A stretch of DNA of 64,000 nucleotides from an uncultured Bacteroidales bacterium (GCA_963849615.1 CAWKIC010000010.1:13396-77395), one strand, 5' to 3'. Counted from the first letter of the stretch, positions 52,110-63,362 are shown. The notes: generated by a model from the letters alone, not told the origin. Made by a program: numbers and translations.

Positions 52110-53492
52110 CTAAGGCAAAATATTGACTTTTGTTGAATGTTCATTGACCATCAGTATTTGAGACTCTTCAGCCGGAACTTTAAGCAGATCTGCTACCGGT
52201 TTAACGAGAAGCTGATAGTTAAGCACTGCCCTTACCTTCATTTCACCGGGTGCAACATCAAAAGGCAACCTGAAAGTGAATTTTTCAACTTTGGCTTCCC
52301 TTGGTCCAATACGATAATCTGTTCCAAGTTTTGCAGTGTTCCATTGCATGATCGTCATTCTTCCTTCCGGATCGAAATAAGCCATCCTGAAGATCCTGTT
52401 TCCGGCTGGTATACCATCCCGTAAAACCCCCTTAAAATCCGGCTGTCCAAGAGGTACGCCCAGATCCTGGTACGCCAGATCATTGCCTGAAATTGTATAT
52501 TCTTCTCCCTCAAAACCTTTCTTATCAACATTTATATGATATATCTTCCCCTTTGCATCGGTGGCTTCAACCTGTAACCATACTATCCGGTCCTCCACTG
52601 ATCCTGTTGGGAATTTATGACCCGTTTTCTGGTTGAACAAAGCAACGTTAAAAACTATTATTTCTCCCGGTTCCGCCTCCCTGATATCGGGTTCAATCCT
52701 CAGTTCAATGGTCCCCCGTACTTTTCCGGGATCGTGGGCTCCATGGAAAAGATGAAGCCTCGCATCATCATACGGTTTTGTCATCAGGGCATTCAGAAAA
52801 GGTCCACCTTTCGGCATGTGGCAATCCTGGCAGCGCACTCCCTCCTTTGAATAGGGCCCCTCCTTCCATTCCAGCTGCGTACTTTTAACCCAGATGCCGA
52901 AGGGATTCTTTTCATTGTGGCAGTTCCCGCAGAATTCGGTTGTGCGGAAGAAATCACTTGTTACGATCTTGTGAGCCGGCGATTCAACGGTAGGTGTCCG
53001 TCCTGCATATTTTGTCATCCCGGGCTTTATAAGGTAACTGTAGTTAAACGGCGGATCCGACTGTGCAGCTTGTACAAGGTGACAAACTTCACATGAAACC
53101 GATTCGTTTGCCATGCTTTTTGCATCAGGCCTCGGAGGCGGAAATTCCTTCCCACCCATAAAAGCAAGCGGTGTATGACACCCATTGCATCCGTCAACTG
53201 CATCTTTCAGTTCAGGTTTCGCAACTGAATGAGCAACTGCAAGGTCAAAATACTCAATTTCGTCCCAGTGATGTGTGTAGGCTTGCGACATCATTGCCTG
53301 TGACCACTGTTCATAGGTACCGGGGTGGCACGAACGGCATTTTTTAGATGATTCAAAATCTTTATAGGAATACTTGCTTTTCAGATCCTCCTGTGGCCCT
53401 CTTAAACTGTTGGTAAAAGCTGTAAGTAAGAATACGATTAGAGCGACCGGAATCAGAAGGAATAAAAGAGCAGAATAATTTCTTCTGTTCAT
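52110..53492 (-). CDS. pentaheme c-type cytochrome, membrane-anchored/secreted
   Basis: Intact 460 aa with an N-terminal hydrophobic anchor. Five CxxCH motifs are present (CRSCH, CNGCH, CEVCH, CGNCH, CQDCH) in the first ~230 aa, followed by a ~200-aa beta-rich C-terminal domain. Confidence 0.85.
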   Translation of the reverse strand: MNRRNYSALLFLLIPVALIVFLLTAFTNSLRGPQEDLKSKYSYKDFESSKKCRSCHPGTYEQWSQAMMSQAYTHHWDEIEYFDLAVAHSVAKPELKDAVDGCNGCHTPLAFMGGKEFPPPRPDAKSMANESVSCEVCHLVQAAQSDPPFNYSYLIKPGMTKYAGRTPTVESPAHKIVTSDFFRTTEFCGNCHNEKNPFGIWVKSTQLEWKEGPYSKEGVRCQDCHMPKGGPFLNALMTKPYDDARLHLFHGAHDPGKVRGTIELRIEPDIREAEPGEIIVFNVALFNQKTGHKFPTGSVEDRIVWLQVEATDAKGKIYHINVDKKGFEGEEYTISGNDLAYQDLGVPLGQPDFKGVLRDGIPAGNRIFRMAYFDPEGRMTIMQWNTAKLGTDYRIGPREAKVEKFTFRLPFDVAPGEMKVRAVLNYQLLVKPVADLLKVPAEESQILMVNEHSTKVNILP

Positions 53493-53596
53493 AGGGATCA
53501 GGGTTTTAATTTAATCTTAAATTTAAGAGATTTTTTATTATTATGTTAATAAATTAACATCAAATTATGCTGTAATATATAGTGCTAAATTTTTTT

Positions 53597-53640
53597 TACC
53601 ACTAAGGAACACAAAGGATATCACTAAGTAACACAAGGGG
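53597..53640. repeat. heptamer repeat (CACTAAG/CACAAAG), half-site
   Basis: taccactaaggaacacaaaggatatcactaagtaacacaagggg lies in the divergent region between the cytochrome and GH16 starts. Confidence 0.65.
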
Positions 53641-53645
53641 AAACC

Positions 53646-54339
53646 ATGAGATACATTACAAGTTCGATTGTACCGTCGCTAATCCTTTCCGTCAATCTGC
53701 TCGTTGCCCAGAAAAGTGATCCCTATATTCCGGATTTCAGCCAGCCTGCAACCATAGTCGGAATGAAGCTTGTCTGGAATGATGAGTTCAATGCTGAAGG
53801 GAAACCCGATCCTTCCTCATGGAGATATGAGAATGGATTTGTGAGGAACAATGAACTTCAATGGTACCAGGCAGCTAACGTCAACTGTAAAGGAGGGGTT
53901 CTTCTTATTGAAGGGAAACGGGAGTTGCTGAGGAACCCGGGGTATGTAGCAGGCAGTGCCAGCTGGCGGACGGCCAGGGAATATGCAGAATATACATCTG
54001 CAAGTATTCAAACCCGGGGATTCAGGGAGTGGCAGTTCGGCCGTTTCGAGATACGGGCCAGGATTGATACTGCAAAAGGTTCATGGCCTGCAATCTGGAC
54101 CCTTGGAATCTCCCATGGATGGCCTTCAGGCGGGGAGATTGATATTATGGAGTTCTACAGGGTTAAAGGAGTCCCAACGATCCTTGCAAATTTTGCCTGG
54201 GGAACCGAAAAACGGGGCGTGGCAAAATGGGATGACCTCAGAAAACCCCTTTCTGGGAGCAGCGGGAGGTGATCCCTCAAAATCGCCATCACCCATAAAA
54301 TATGAAGTAGACTGGGTAAGGATTTACCAGGAAGAGTGA
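53646..54339 (+). CDS. GH16-family beta-glucanase (laminarinase/licheninase-like) (one frame disruption near 54230)
   Basis: WNDEFN, GRFEIRARI, WPAIWTL and the catalytic block GGEIDIMEF are present. The C-terminus ..YEVDWVRIYQEE is in the next frame. Confidence 0.85.
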
Positions 54340-54346
54340 ATTCGCA

Positions 54347-54392
54347 CTTTCCCCCCCCTCTCCCCTTCTCCCACTCTCCCCCTCACTCTTCA
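54347..54392 (+). repeat. polypyrimidine low-complexity tract
   Basis: ctttcccccccctctccccttctcccactctccccctcactcttc lies directly after the GH16 stop. Confidence 0.8.
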
Positions 54393-54473
54393 GATTATAC
54401 CCCGGTATCTGAACTTTTCAGAAAATCCCGTGTTATTAAATTTGTTACATTTGCATTTCTTAAACCCCGGAAG

Positions 54474-56279
54474 ATGACACTTGCTGCCCCCGCACCCCTT
54501 ATTGTAATGGATGGCCGTAATCTGTATTATACCTTTATTGCGGGAGCAAAAAAGATTATCGAACATCAGGTTGAACTAAATAAGATAAATGTTTTCCCGG
54601 TAAATGACGGTGATACAGGGACCAACCTTGCATCCACAATCAGGTCTGTTATCGAATCCCTTCACCCCCACCGTTCATATAAAATTACTGCTGACAGGAT
54701 AGCCGAATCAACTCTTATGAACGCCAGGGGAAATTCCGGAATTATCTTTGCGCAGTTTTTCTATGGTTTAAGCAATGAGACAGGCGAATTCAAATCAGTC
54801 ACCCTCAAACAGTTTGCCGAAACCATTCAAAAGTCGGTAAGATATATTTATGAGGCCGTTTCCAATCCGGTTGAAGGAACAATGCTTACCGTCATAAAAG
54901 AATGGGCAGATTACATCTATAAAAGCCATAATAAATTTGGGGATTTCAATAATCTCCTCCTGAGCTCGTATGAAACCCTCAAAACATCGCTCCTCGAGAC
55001 CAGGTACAAACTTGAGATACTTGCTAAAAACAATGTTGTCGATGCCGGGGCTAAAGGATTTGTTCTATTTGTTGAAGGTATAATTGAGTTTATAGTCAAA
55101 AGAAATATAAAGGAGCTTATCCTGTCCAAAACCGAAGCTCCTTCCTTTCAGAAAATCGAAGAGGTCATCTCCGAAAAAATCGATTTCAGATACTGCACCG
55201 AGGCAATTATTAAGAACTGCCTGAAGGAAAACAAGTCTGTAATCCGTACCCTTGAAAACTATGGAAACTCAATAGTCATTGCCGGTTCAGATAAAATAAG
55301 GCGTTTGCATGTTCACACAAATATCCCGTCAGACTTGTTCAGTGAACTTAGGAATTACGGAACAATTACTTTTCAGAAAGCTGATGACATGATTCGCCAG
55401 AGTCAGGCTGTCTATAACAGAAAATGGAATATCGCACTGGTAACGGACTCAACCTGTGATCTCTCGCAGGAATTGATTGATAATTACCAGATAAACATGC
55501 TGCCCATAAATATTAATTTTGGGGAGAATCATTACCTCGATAAGGTTACAATTCAACCGGAGCAGTTTTACAGGCTCCTTGATGAAAGTCCTGATTATCC
55601 GAAATCAGCACAGGTTAACGAAACGGCATTTGTAAATCTCTATTCACACCTCGCCTCACATTATGATTCAGTAATAGCCGTTAATCTGAGCGATAAGCTC
55701 AGCGGCACATACAACAGCAGTGTAAAAGCAGCAAAAACCGTTAGCCGTGAGTTTAACAAACCGGTATCTGTTGTTAATTCAAGGAATCTTTCCGGCGCAC
55801 TTGGGTTAATAGTTCTGCGGACAGCACAAGCCATAGAATCAGGACTCCCTCATGACCAGATTGTCGGAATGGCTGAAAAGTGGGCAGGCCAGACAAGGAT
55901 CCTCGTAAGTGTGAAAACTCTTAAATATTTGGTCAGGGGAGGACGACTCTCGACAGTACACGGATTGATTGGTCGAATCCTGAACATTAATCCTATTGTA
56001 TCGATCGACGAGTCTGGAAAAGCTGTCGCATCCGGCAAGTCTTTTAATCAGAGAACAAACATGGAAAAAGTGATGAAGATTATCAGGTCCGGCTTGCCGG
56101 GAAAGAAAATATGGAATTATGTCATACTTCATGCAAACAATGTCGAAGCAGCTGACTGGTATACCGAAAAGATGAAAATGCTTACAGGCAAAGGTCCGGT
56201 ATCCGTATGTAATATTTCCCCGGTGATTGGAGCCAATGTCGGAATAGGAGCTGCATCTGTTGCCTTTCAATTTGAGTAA
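54474..56279 (+). CDS. DAK2 (DhaL-like) domain fused to DegV fatty-acid-binding domain
   Basis: The N-terminal half has NVFPVNDGDTGTN (DAK2). The C-terminal half starts at IALVTDSTCDL.., typical of DegV. I prefer the start at MTLAAP; the upstream part of the ORF is translated from the CT tract. Confidence 0.8.
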   Translation: MTLAAPAPLIVMDGRNLYYTFIAGAKKIIEHQVELNKINVFPVNDGDTGTNLASTIRSVIESLHPHRSYKITADRIAESTLMNARGNSGIIFAQFFYGLSNETGEFKSVTLKQFAETIQKSVRYIYEAVSNPVEGTMLTVIKEWADYIYKSHNKFGDFNNLLLSSYETLKTSLLETRYKLEILAKNNVVDAGAKGFVLFVEGIIEFIVKRNIKELILSKTEAPSFQKIEEVISEKIDFRYCTEAIIKNCLKENKSVIRTLENYGNSIVIAGSDKIRRLHVHTNIPSDLFSELRNYGTITFQKADDMIRQSQAVYNRKWNIALVTDSTCDLSQELIDNYQINMLPININFGENHYLDKVTIQPEQFYRLLDESPDYPKSAQVNETAFVNLYSHLASHYDSVIAVNLSDKLSGTYNSSVKAAKTVSREFNKPVSVVNSRNLSGALGLIVLRTAQAIESGLPHDQIVGMAEKWAGQTRILVSVKTLKYLVRGGRLSTVHGLIGRILNINPIVSIDESGKAVASGKSFNQRTNMEKVMKIIRSGLPGKKIWNYVILHANNVEAADWYTEKMKMLTGKGPVSVCNISPVIGANVGIGAASVAFQFE

Positions 56280-56475
56280 TTTTTTTACTCATGCCATTTC
56301 TTAGCATCTATATCAATCACCTGCAATTATCCTGATAATGATGACTGTCTAATATAGAATACATTAGGAAGACCATTCATTTATCCCCTGGTTCCCAAAA
56401 AAATAGAATTCCCGAAAACTGCTTCTAATATTTCTCTTTTTACTAACTTAGTGGAAGATAAGTTTGTAGTAATAC

Positions 56476-57009
56476 ATGCCAGAAATGAATGAAAAACCGG
56501 ATAAGCCATCACTGCATTTCATATTCCCGCTGATTTCCCTGATGCTTTTTATATTTGTATCATGTGAAAATCAGAAACATCCCTTGTATGCCGGAACATG
56601 GCAGTTTACAGAAACAATTACCGCTGATAACCTGGTAATAAATACTGTCCGTACATTGACGCTTACGAAGAGAACTTATGAAGAAACCTTTCTGGTGGAG
56701 CGCGAAAATTCAACTTCCATTTCGGAAATAATCGGAACCAGGGGCGACATGTCCCCGACCCATTCCGGAATTGTTTTCCAGCTGAAAGAACTTGGAACAT
56801 GCATAAGGGATGCATCGGATGCCTGTACCGGAAATGTACAATGGAACGGCCAGGGGAGTCAATACTGGGACGATAATATTCCGTTTTTCAGACTTCTTGT
56901 TCCCGGGAAGTTTGAGGCTGACGAATCAACCTTGTGGCTTACAAGGGACCTCAACAGCGATGGCGATACGGACGATGCCGGTGAAGATATTTTATTCGAA
57001 CGGATCTGA
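56476..57009 (+). CDS. hypothetical lipoprotein
   Basis: 177 aa with a lipobox (IFVSC). No family was recognised. Confidence 0.5.
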   Translation: MPEMNEKPDKPSLHFIFPLISLMLFIFVSCENQKHPLYAGTWQFTETITADNLVINTVRTLTLTKRTYEETFLVERENSTSISEIIGTRGDMSPTHSGIVFQLKELGTCIRDASDACTGNVQWNGQGSQYWDDNIPFFRLLVPGKFEADESTLWLTRDLNSDGDTDDAGEDILFERI

Positions 57010-57028
57010 ACCGTAGATCCATTTTATC

Positions 57029-59238
57029 ATGAACAGAAAATATAATGCGGTTAAAGCTGTCCGGCTGCTTTCTTTTTTAGCGTTCCTTATTCCGCAGTGC
57101 CAAAATCAGGCTGTTAAATCTCCTCATGGACTGATGGTGGAATTTATCAGGGAGGCTGATCAGACAAAAATTCTCGATGCAAAACCTGAATTCAGCTGGA
57201 TAGTACCTGAAAAAGCGGTTTATCAGACAGCATATCAGGTACTTGTTTCCTCATCAAAAGGATCTTTAGCAAGAAGCGAAGCTGACGTCTGGGATAGCGG
57301 CAGAACTACCGGATCTTTGTCGTCTGAAGTTGAATTTGCAGGAGCAGGGCTTCCGGATAATTCTTCCTTCTTCTGGAAGGTCAGGATCTGGGATAAAAGG
57401 GGAAAGCCTTCTCCCTGGTCTGAAATTAAATCATTTAAAACAGGTTCTACTGGCAGCTATGCAACTTCCGGAAACAACTTCATGGAAACATTATCCAGGC
57501 CGGAAAAGCTGATAAAAACAGGGAAAAATCGCTTTTTCGCCGATTTTGGAAAGGATGCATTCGGTAAATTAATCCTTGAAATAACACCTGTTTCACATGA
57601 CACCCTTATCATCCACCTTGGGGAAAAAGCTAAGGGCACGAATGAAATTGACAGCAATCCGGGTGGTACGGTCAGGTACCAGAAAGTTCTTCTTCCAGTT
57701 GGTCCGGAACAGACAAAGTATACTGTGAATCTTCTCCGGGATGAAAGAAATACAGGTCCTGCAGCAATTCAGCTCCCTGATTCATTTGGTATTATAACTC
57801 CGTTTCGTTACCGCCTTATCGAAAACTGCGACTGGAGTTAAAGCCTGAAATATTACCGCAAGGCATATTGGTATTACTTCTGACGATGAAATCTGAGTTC
57901 ATTTGAATCTTCCGATACAATACTCAACAGTATCTGGGAATTATGCAAATACAGCATGAAAGCTACTTCCTCGCAGGAATTTATGGTCGATGGTGACCGT
58001 GAACGATTCCATATGAGGTCGACGCTGATATATTAACCAGCTCGGCCATTACTGCACCGACAGGGTAGTATTCACTTGCGAGGCGTACAAATGAATACTT
58101 TATCTACGACCCCACCTGGGCCGATCTAAAAATGGGATTCTCATACAGAAATTCCGTCCGTTTTTCAATGATGTGATGTAGCAGGAATTTACGAGTCTGT
58201 CAGTAGTGTTTTACAGCGATACTTCAGCATAAGACTCTCATCATCCTTTCAAGGGAGGATGGCCTTATCAGTTCAACGGGCGTAACCGGAGAAGTTATGA
58301 AGGAACTGGGATTTTCAGATGCGAAGGAAAGGATAAGGGATATTATCGACTGGCCTCCTTCGCAGAAGGATACAGGGTGGAAGCTGGCAACGGCAGAAGG
58401 CGAACGGGACGGCTATGAGATGGTTGACGTAAATACTGTTGTTAATGCCTTTCATTACAAAAACCTTCTTTTGATGGCAGAACTGGCTGGATTACTCGGA
58501 AAAGATGCTGATTCAATATTCTACGGGCATCGCGCAGAAACAGTAAAATCAACTTTTAACAAGGTTTTCCTCGAAAAGAACAGTGGTTACTATGTTGACG
58601 GGGAAAATTCATCTCACTCATCGCTGCATGCGAACATGATGGCCCTGACATTTGGGCTGGTCCCGCAAGAAAATCAAAAAGCTGTTGTGGAATTTATTAA
58701 GTCGAGAGGCATGGCCTGCAGTGTTTATGGTGCACAATACCTGCTTGAAGGCCTTTACAAAGCCGGAGAAGCTGATTACGCATTCAGTCTGCTGACAGCA
58801 ATCCACGACAGGAGCTGGTGGAACATGATAAAATCAGGGACAACTATTACAATGGAAGCCTGGGACCTTAAGTACAAGCCCAACTCAGACTGGAATCACG
58901 CCTGGGGAGCTGCTCCGGCAAATATAATCCCGACCTGTTTATGGGGAATTTCACCTGTCCGTCCCGGATTTGCAAAAGCGGTCATCAGGCCTCAGTTAAG
59001 TGGGCTTACTTACAGCAAAATACGGGTTCCAACAATTCGCGGGCAGATAGAAGCTGAGTTTAAAAATAAAGGAGGAAAAAGAGAATATCTTGTCAACATC
59101 CCTGCAAATATGGAATGCGATTTTGTTTTGAGCAGTGTTAATAATTTAACAATTTCAGTAAACGGTAAAAAGCTGAAAACAGAAACAGGGATAATAAAAT
59201 TAAAACCCGGAGCTAATACGATAGCTTTTCATCCGTAA
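57029..59238 (+). pseudogene. GH78-like alpha-L-rhamnosidase paralog, central segment heavily disrupted
   Basis: The N-terminal ORF (57029-57841: FSWIVPE..YQVLVSSS..FFWKVRIWD) and the C-terminal ORF (58297-59238, six-hairpin region) are intact. The 57841-58297 segment still reads SSDTILNSIWELCKYSMKAT..VDGDRER.. but with many shifts and stops. Confidence 0.75.
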
Positions 59239-59248
59239 GGAATCTTCC

Positions 59249-59350
59249 CCTGCTGGCGCGGATTTAACGAACCGAAGCGAAGTGTAATCCGTGCCAAACC
59301 AAAGCTACTTAAGGTATGGATTGCAACTGAGTAAAAGGCACGGATTGCAA
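59249..59350. repeat. intergenic repeat, family GGCACGGATTGCAA / CTGCTGGCGCGGATTT
   Basis: The segment contains cctgctggcgcggattt, taatccgtgcc and ggattgcaactgagtaaaaggcacggattgcaa. It uses the same vocabulary as 4229-4393. Confidence 0.75.
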
Positions 59351-59409
59351 TCAGGCGGAAGACCTTTTATCAATAACGTAATGTAACAACCTGTAACCAA
59401 ATAAATATC

Positions 59410-61060
59410 ATGAAAAAGATCCTGCTCATCACCTTACTAACCGGATTTACCCTCTTTTGTTCCCAGTGCAGCAATGAATCAAAAAACAATGTCTTCGAAG
59501 CTGATGTAATTGTCTACGGGGGAACGTCGGCCGCTGTAACAACAGCCGTACAGGTACACAGGATGGGACTGTCAGTGATCGTCATATCGCCTGACAGGCA
59601 CCTGGGAGGCATGTCTTCATCGGGTCTTGGTTTCACGGATACAGGCAACAAGGAAGTTATCGGAGGCATTGCCAGGGAGTTCTATCAGCTTTTATACCAG
59701 CACTATCAGAAACCTGAGAGCTGGAGATGGCAGAAACAATCTGAGTACGGCAATGTGGGTCAGGGTAATCCTGCACTTGATGGCGAAAACCGGACAATGT
59801 GGATCTTTGAACCCCACGTTGCGGAAGCAGCTTTTGAAACTTTGGTAAATCAGAATAGCCTGATGGTTTACCGTGATGAATGGCTCGACAGGAACAGCGG
59901 CCTGATTAAGAAAGATGGTAAAATAACATCTATCAGAACTCTAAGCGGGAAAGTATACAGGGGGAAAATCTTTGTTGACGCAACTTACGAAGGCGACCTG
60001 ATGGCGTCAGCCGGTGTCGCCTATACCGTAGGCAGGGAAGATAATTCGCTTTACGGCGAAACCTGGAACGGTGTGCAGGCGGGGGTGTTCCATCATGGCC
60101 ATTATTTCAAGGATAAAATTGATCCCTATAAGATTCCCGGAGATCCTTCAAGCGGGCTCCTGCCAGGGATATCCTCCGGAGTTATCGGGGAGAACGGAAC
60201 AGGGGACAATAAAATACAGGCCTACTGCTACAGGCTTTGTCTTACAAAGATTCCGGGAAACCGGGTGGCCATTACAAAGCCTGAGGGCTATGACAGTACA
60301 CAGTATGAACTTCTTGTGAGGCTGTCAGCAACAAGATGGAATGAATTTTTTGCAAAATATGACCCCATCCCCAACCTTAAAACCGATGTTAATAATCACG
60401 GTCCGTTCAGCTATGATAATATCGGAATGAACTGGGATTACCCTGAAGCATCCTATGAACGAAGAAAAGAAATACTTGCGGAACACATACTGTACCAGAA
60501 GGGATTGCTTTACTTTACTGCCACCGACAGGCGCTTGCCTTCATGGGTAAGGGATACGATGAGCAAATGGGGTTATGCCAGGGATGAATTTGCAGATAAC
60601 GGTCACTGGCCCTATAATATTTATGTCAGGGAAGCCCGCAGGATGCTTGGAGAATATATTATGACCGAAAATGATGTTCTCGGTAAACGGGAAGTTCCGG
60701 CTTCAATCGGTATGGGGTCATATACTATGGATTCACACAATGTTCAGAGGTATGTAACACCGGAAGGGTTTGTACAGAACGAGGGTGATATCGGAGTTAG
60801 AGCACCTGAACCGTACCGGATTGATCTCGGGTCGATCTTGCCCCGAAATGATGACTGCAAGAACCTTCTGGTTCCTGTCTGTGTCTCATGCTCACACATT
60901 GCTTATGGTTCAATACGGATGGAACCGGTATTCATGATCCTTGGCCAGAGTGCGGGAACCATAGCATCTCTGTCTGTTATCAGCCGGAAAGAGTATTCAT
61001 GATCTGCAGTATGGTGAAATAAGACAAAGACTGACTTCTGACGGACAAATTCTTGAATAA
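59410..61060 (+). CDS. FAD-dependent oxidoreductase (PUL-associated, PF12831-like) (one frame disruption near 60980)
   Basis: A lipoprotein/signal peptide is followed by the dinucleotide fold ADVIVYGGTSAAVTTAV. The expected C-terminus ..DLQYGEIRQRLTSDGQILE is in the next frame and ends at 61060. Confidence 0.7.
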
Positions 61061-61180
61061 AGGACTAAAATCCTGTCATTTACTGACAATTTTCAATGGA
61101 TCAATACAATAATTAACATCACAACTTCGTTCGATGTTGATAACTTCATTTTTATGTTAAATAATTCTGATATTATAAAT

Positions 61181-61209
61181 TTTGTAAAATATATAAGTTC
61201 CTAATTTTG
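61181..61209 (+). promoter_or_regulatory. candidate Bacteroidota sigma-A promoter (TTTG-17 nt-TAATTTTG)
   Basis: TTTG at 61181-61184 and TAATTTTG at 61202-61209 match the -33 TTTG and -7 TAnnTTTG consensus. They lie about 120 nt upstream of the first DUF4402 gene. Confidence 0.35.
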
Positions 61210-61329
61210 AATGGATTTAAAAAAATCCTTTAATCCTTATTGTTAAGGCCGGGAAGGATTATCTACAGGATCACCCTTAAACCTGAATAGAGAATTAAAC
61301 TTAATATCTACTAACTCAAAAACAAAAAA

Positions 61330-61841
61330 ATGAAACACATGAAGAAGTTAATTTCCTTTGCAGTTATCCTTGTTGCTTTTACAGCAGCTGGTTTTGCCCA
61401 GGCATCAGCAACATCTACTGCGACAGCTACTATTGTAGGTCCCATTGGAATCACGAACACGACGGTTATGAATTTCGGTAATGTCGCGGTCAGTGCCACC
61501 GTTGCGGGAACTGCAGTTCTTCTCCTGCAGGTGCCCGGACTCCATCAGGAGGGGTCACACTTCCTGCAACAACCGGAACAGTTGCAGCAGCGGTTTTTAA
61601 TGTAACCGGTGCAGATGGTTATACATATGCGATCACTCTGCCCTCAACTCCTACAACTATCAGTTTCGGTGCAATTAACATGACGGTTGATACATTTACA
61701 AGCACTCCAAGCGGAACAGGTTCGCTTGCCGGCGGCAGTCAGACACTGTCGGTCGGAGCAACACTTCATGTGGCGGCTGCTCAGGCTGCCGGAACTTATA
61801 CATCAGCCACTCCATTTACCGTGACAGTTAATTATAACTAG
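61330..61841 (+). CDS. DUF4402 (SCPU-like) fimbrial-type subunit (one frame disruption near 61520)
   Basis: The signal peptide is followed by ATATIVGPIGITNTTVMNFGNV. The second frame gives ..AAVFNVTGADGYTYAITLP..GTYTSATPFTVTVNYN. Confidence 0.7.
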
Positions 61842-61871
61842 AGCTGCAGCGAGGCGAGTACACTTTTTAAA

Positions 61872-62405
61872 ATGAGAAGGATTAAGATCCTCTTTTTCAG
61901 CCTGCTTTGTTTATTGCAAATAACCGGCATAAAAGTCTCTGCACAGCCAGGGCCACCGGTATCTGCAACAGGGCATATTTATGCTGAAATAATTCCTATC
62001 TTCTCTGCCAGCGAAACTGCACAACTGAACTTCGGAAGGTTTTCCCCCGGACCACTGGGAGGGAAGATCATACTTACACCCCAGAGTACAATCTCCGTGC
62101 TCGGAAGCGTTTTTAAAGGAACCGGCTCATATAATGCTGCCAGCTTTTATTTATCGGGTGATGCGGATGCAGCTTATTCCATCACCCTTCCGGAAGCTCC
62201 TGTGGTACTCAGACATATCTCAAGTGCAAAAACCATGACCGTTGAAGACTGGAATTCAGTGCCGGCACCCGGAACCGGAACAGGAATGCTCAGGGACGGA
62301 TCTCAGATTGTGAGTGTCGGAGCCACCCTTAACATTGGAACCATCCACGACAATCCAGTGGGTATCTATACCGGATCCTATTCTATAACTTTTGACTTTA
62401 ACTAA
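61872..62405 (+). CDS. DUF4402 (SCPU-like) fimbrial-type subunit
   Basis: Intact 177 aa. LNFGRFSPG..AASFYLSGDADAAYSITLP..GIYTGSYSITFDFN shows the same architecture as the upstream gene. Confidence 0.7.
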   Translation: MRRIKILFFSLLCLLQITGIKVSAQPGPPVSATGHIYAEIIPIFSASETAQLNFGRFSPGPLGGKIILTPQSTISVLGSVFKGTGSYNAASFYLSGDADAAYSITLPEAPVVLRHISSAKTMTVEDWNSVPAPGTGTGMLRDGSQIVSVGATLNIGTIHDNPVGIYTGSYSITFDFN

Positions 62406-62426
62406 CGGGCTTCAAATAAATCAAAA

Positions 62427-63317
62427 TTGATGCACAAACTCAGACAGATACTTAACAGAAAGCCCGGTAATTATTGCAGGTTGAAGCCTGTCCTGATTTT
62501 GTCTGCAGGATTCCTTGGAATTCTTTTAATGCTGCCTTCTAACGCTTCAGCACAAGGGGATCTGTTGATTACCCCGAGAAGAGTTGTTTTTGAAGGTTCG
62601 AAGAGATCAATGGACCTTAACCTGGCAAATACGGGAAAGGATACTGCAACCTATGCAATATCGCTTGTGCAGATCAGAATGATGGAGGATGGCGAATTCA
62701 AAACCATTACAGAACCCGATCCTGATCAGAGGTTTGCAGACCGTTTTATAAGGTTCTTTCCGAGAAGCGTTACCCTCGGACCCAATGAAGCCCAGACAGT
62801 GAAGATCCAGGTGATAAGGTCAAATGAACTTGAAAACGGAGAGTACAGGTCACATTTCTATTTCCGGTCAATCCCTGAAATTTCCCCGTTGGGTGAAAAA
62901 GAAAAAGCAAAGGATACCACAACTATATCTGTCATGCTGACACCTGTATTTGGCATTACAATACCAGTTATAATCAGGGTTGGAGAATCGACAGCCAGAG
63001 TTACCATTTCAGATCTTGGTTTTGAGATGGAAAATGACACTATTCCCAAGTTCAGTATGGTCTTTACCAGATCAGGCAACATGTCAGTGTTTGGAGATCT
63101 TACGGTTGACCATATTTCAACTCAGGGGAAAATAACCCGGGTCGGTATTGCCAACGGGGTTGCAGTTTATACTCCCAATACAAAACGCCGGTTTCAGTTT
63201 AACCTGAACAAGGTTCCGGGAGTCGACTTCAGAACCGGTACATTACGCGTTATTTATTCAGCCTCATCAGATGTAAAACCGGTCAGGCTGGCTGAAGCCG
63301 AACTACCGCTTAACTGA
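62427..63317 (+). CDS. PapD-like periplasmic pilus chaperone
   Basis: 296 aa with a signal peptide. LLITPRRVVFEG..RSMDLNLANTGKDTATY is typical of the chaperone N-domain, and a second Ig-like domain follows. Confidence 0.65.
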   Translation: MMHKLRQILNRKPGNYCRLKPVLILSAGFLGILLMLPSNASAQGDLLITPRRVVFEGSKRSMDLNLANTGKDTATYAISLVQIRMMEDGEFKTITEPDPDQRFADRFIRFFPRSVTLGPNEAQTVKIQVIRSNELENGEYRSHFYFRSIPEISPLGEKEKAKDTTTISVMLTPVFGITIPVIIRVGESTARVTISDLGFEMENDTIPKFSMVFTRSGNMSVFGDLTVDHISTQGKITRVGIANGVAVYTPNTKRRFQFNLNKVPGVDFRTGTLRVIYSASSDVKPVRLAEAELPLN

Positions 63318-63362
63318 AATTCACTCCGATGATGCATTTTTTGCATTTAGACAATTGAAATT

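Noticed and set aside
54336-54473. N-terminal extension of the DAK2/DegV ORF (MNSHFPPPLPFSHSPPHSS...).
   Set aside because: This extension is translated from the polypyrimidine tract and the GH16 3' end. The internal Met at 54474 precedes the conserved DAK2 domain and is the more plausible start.
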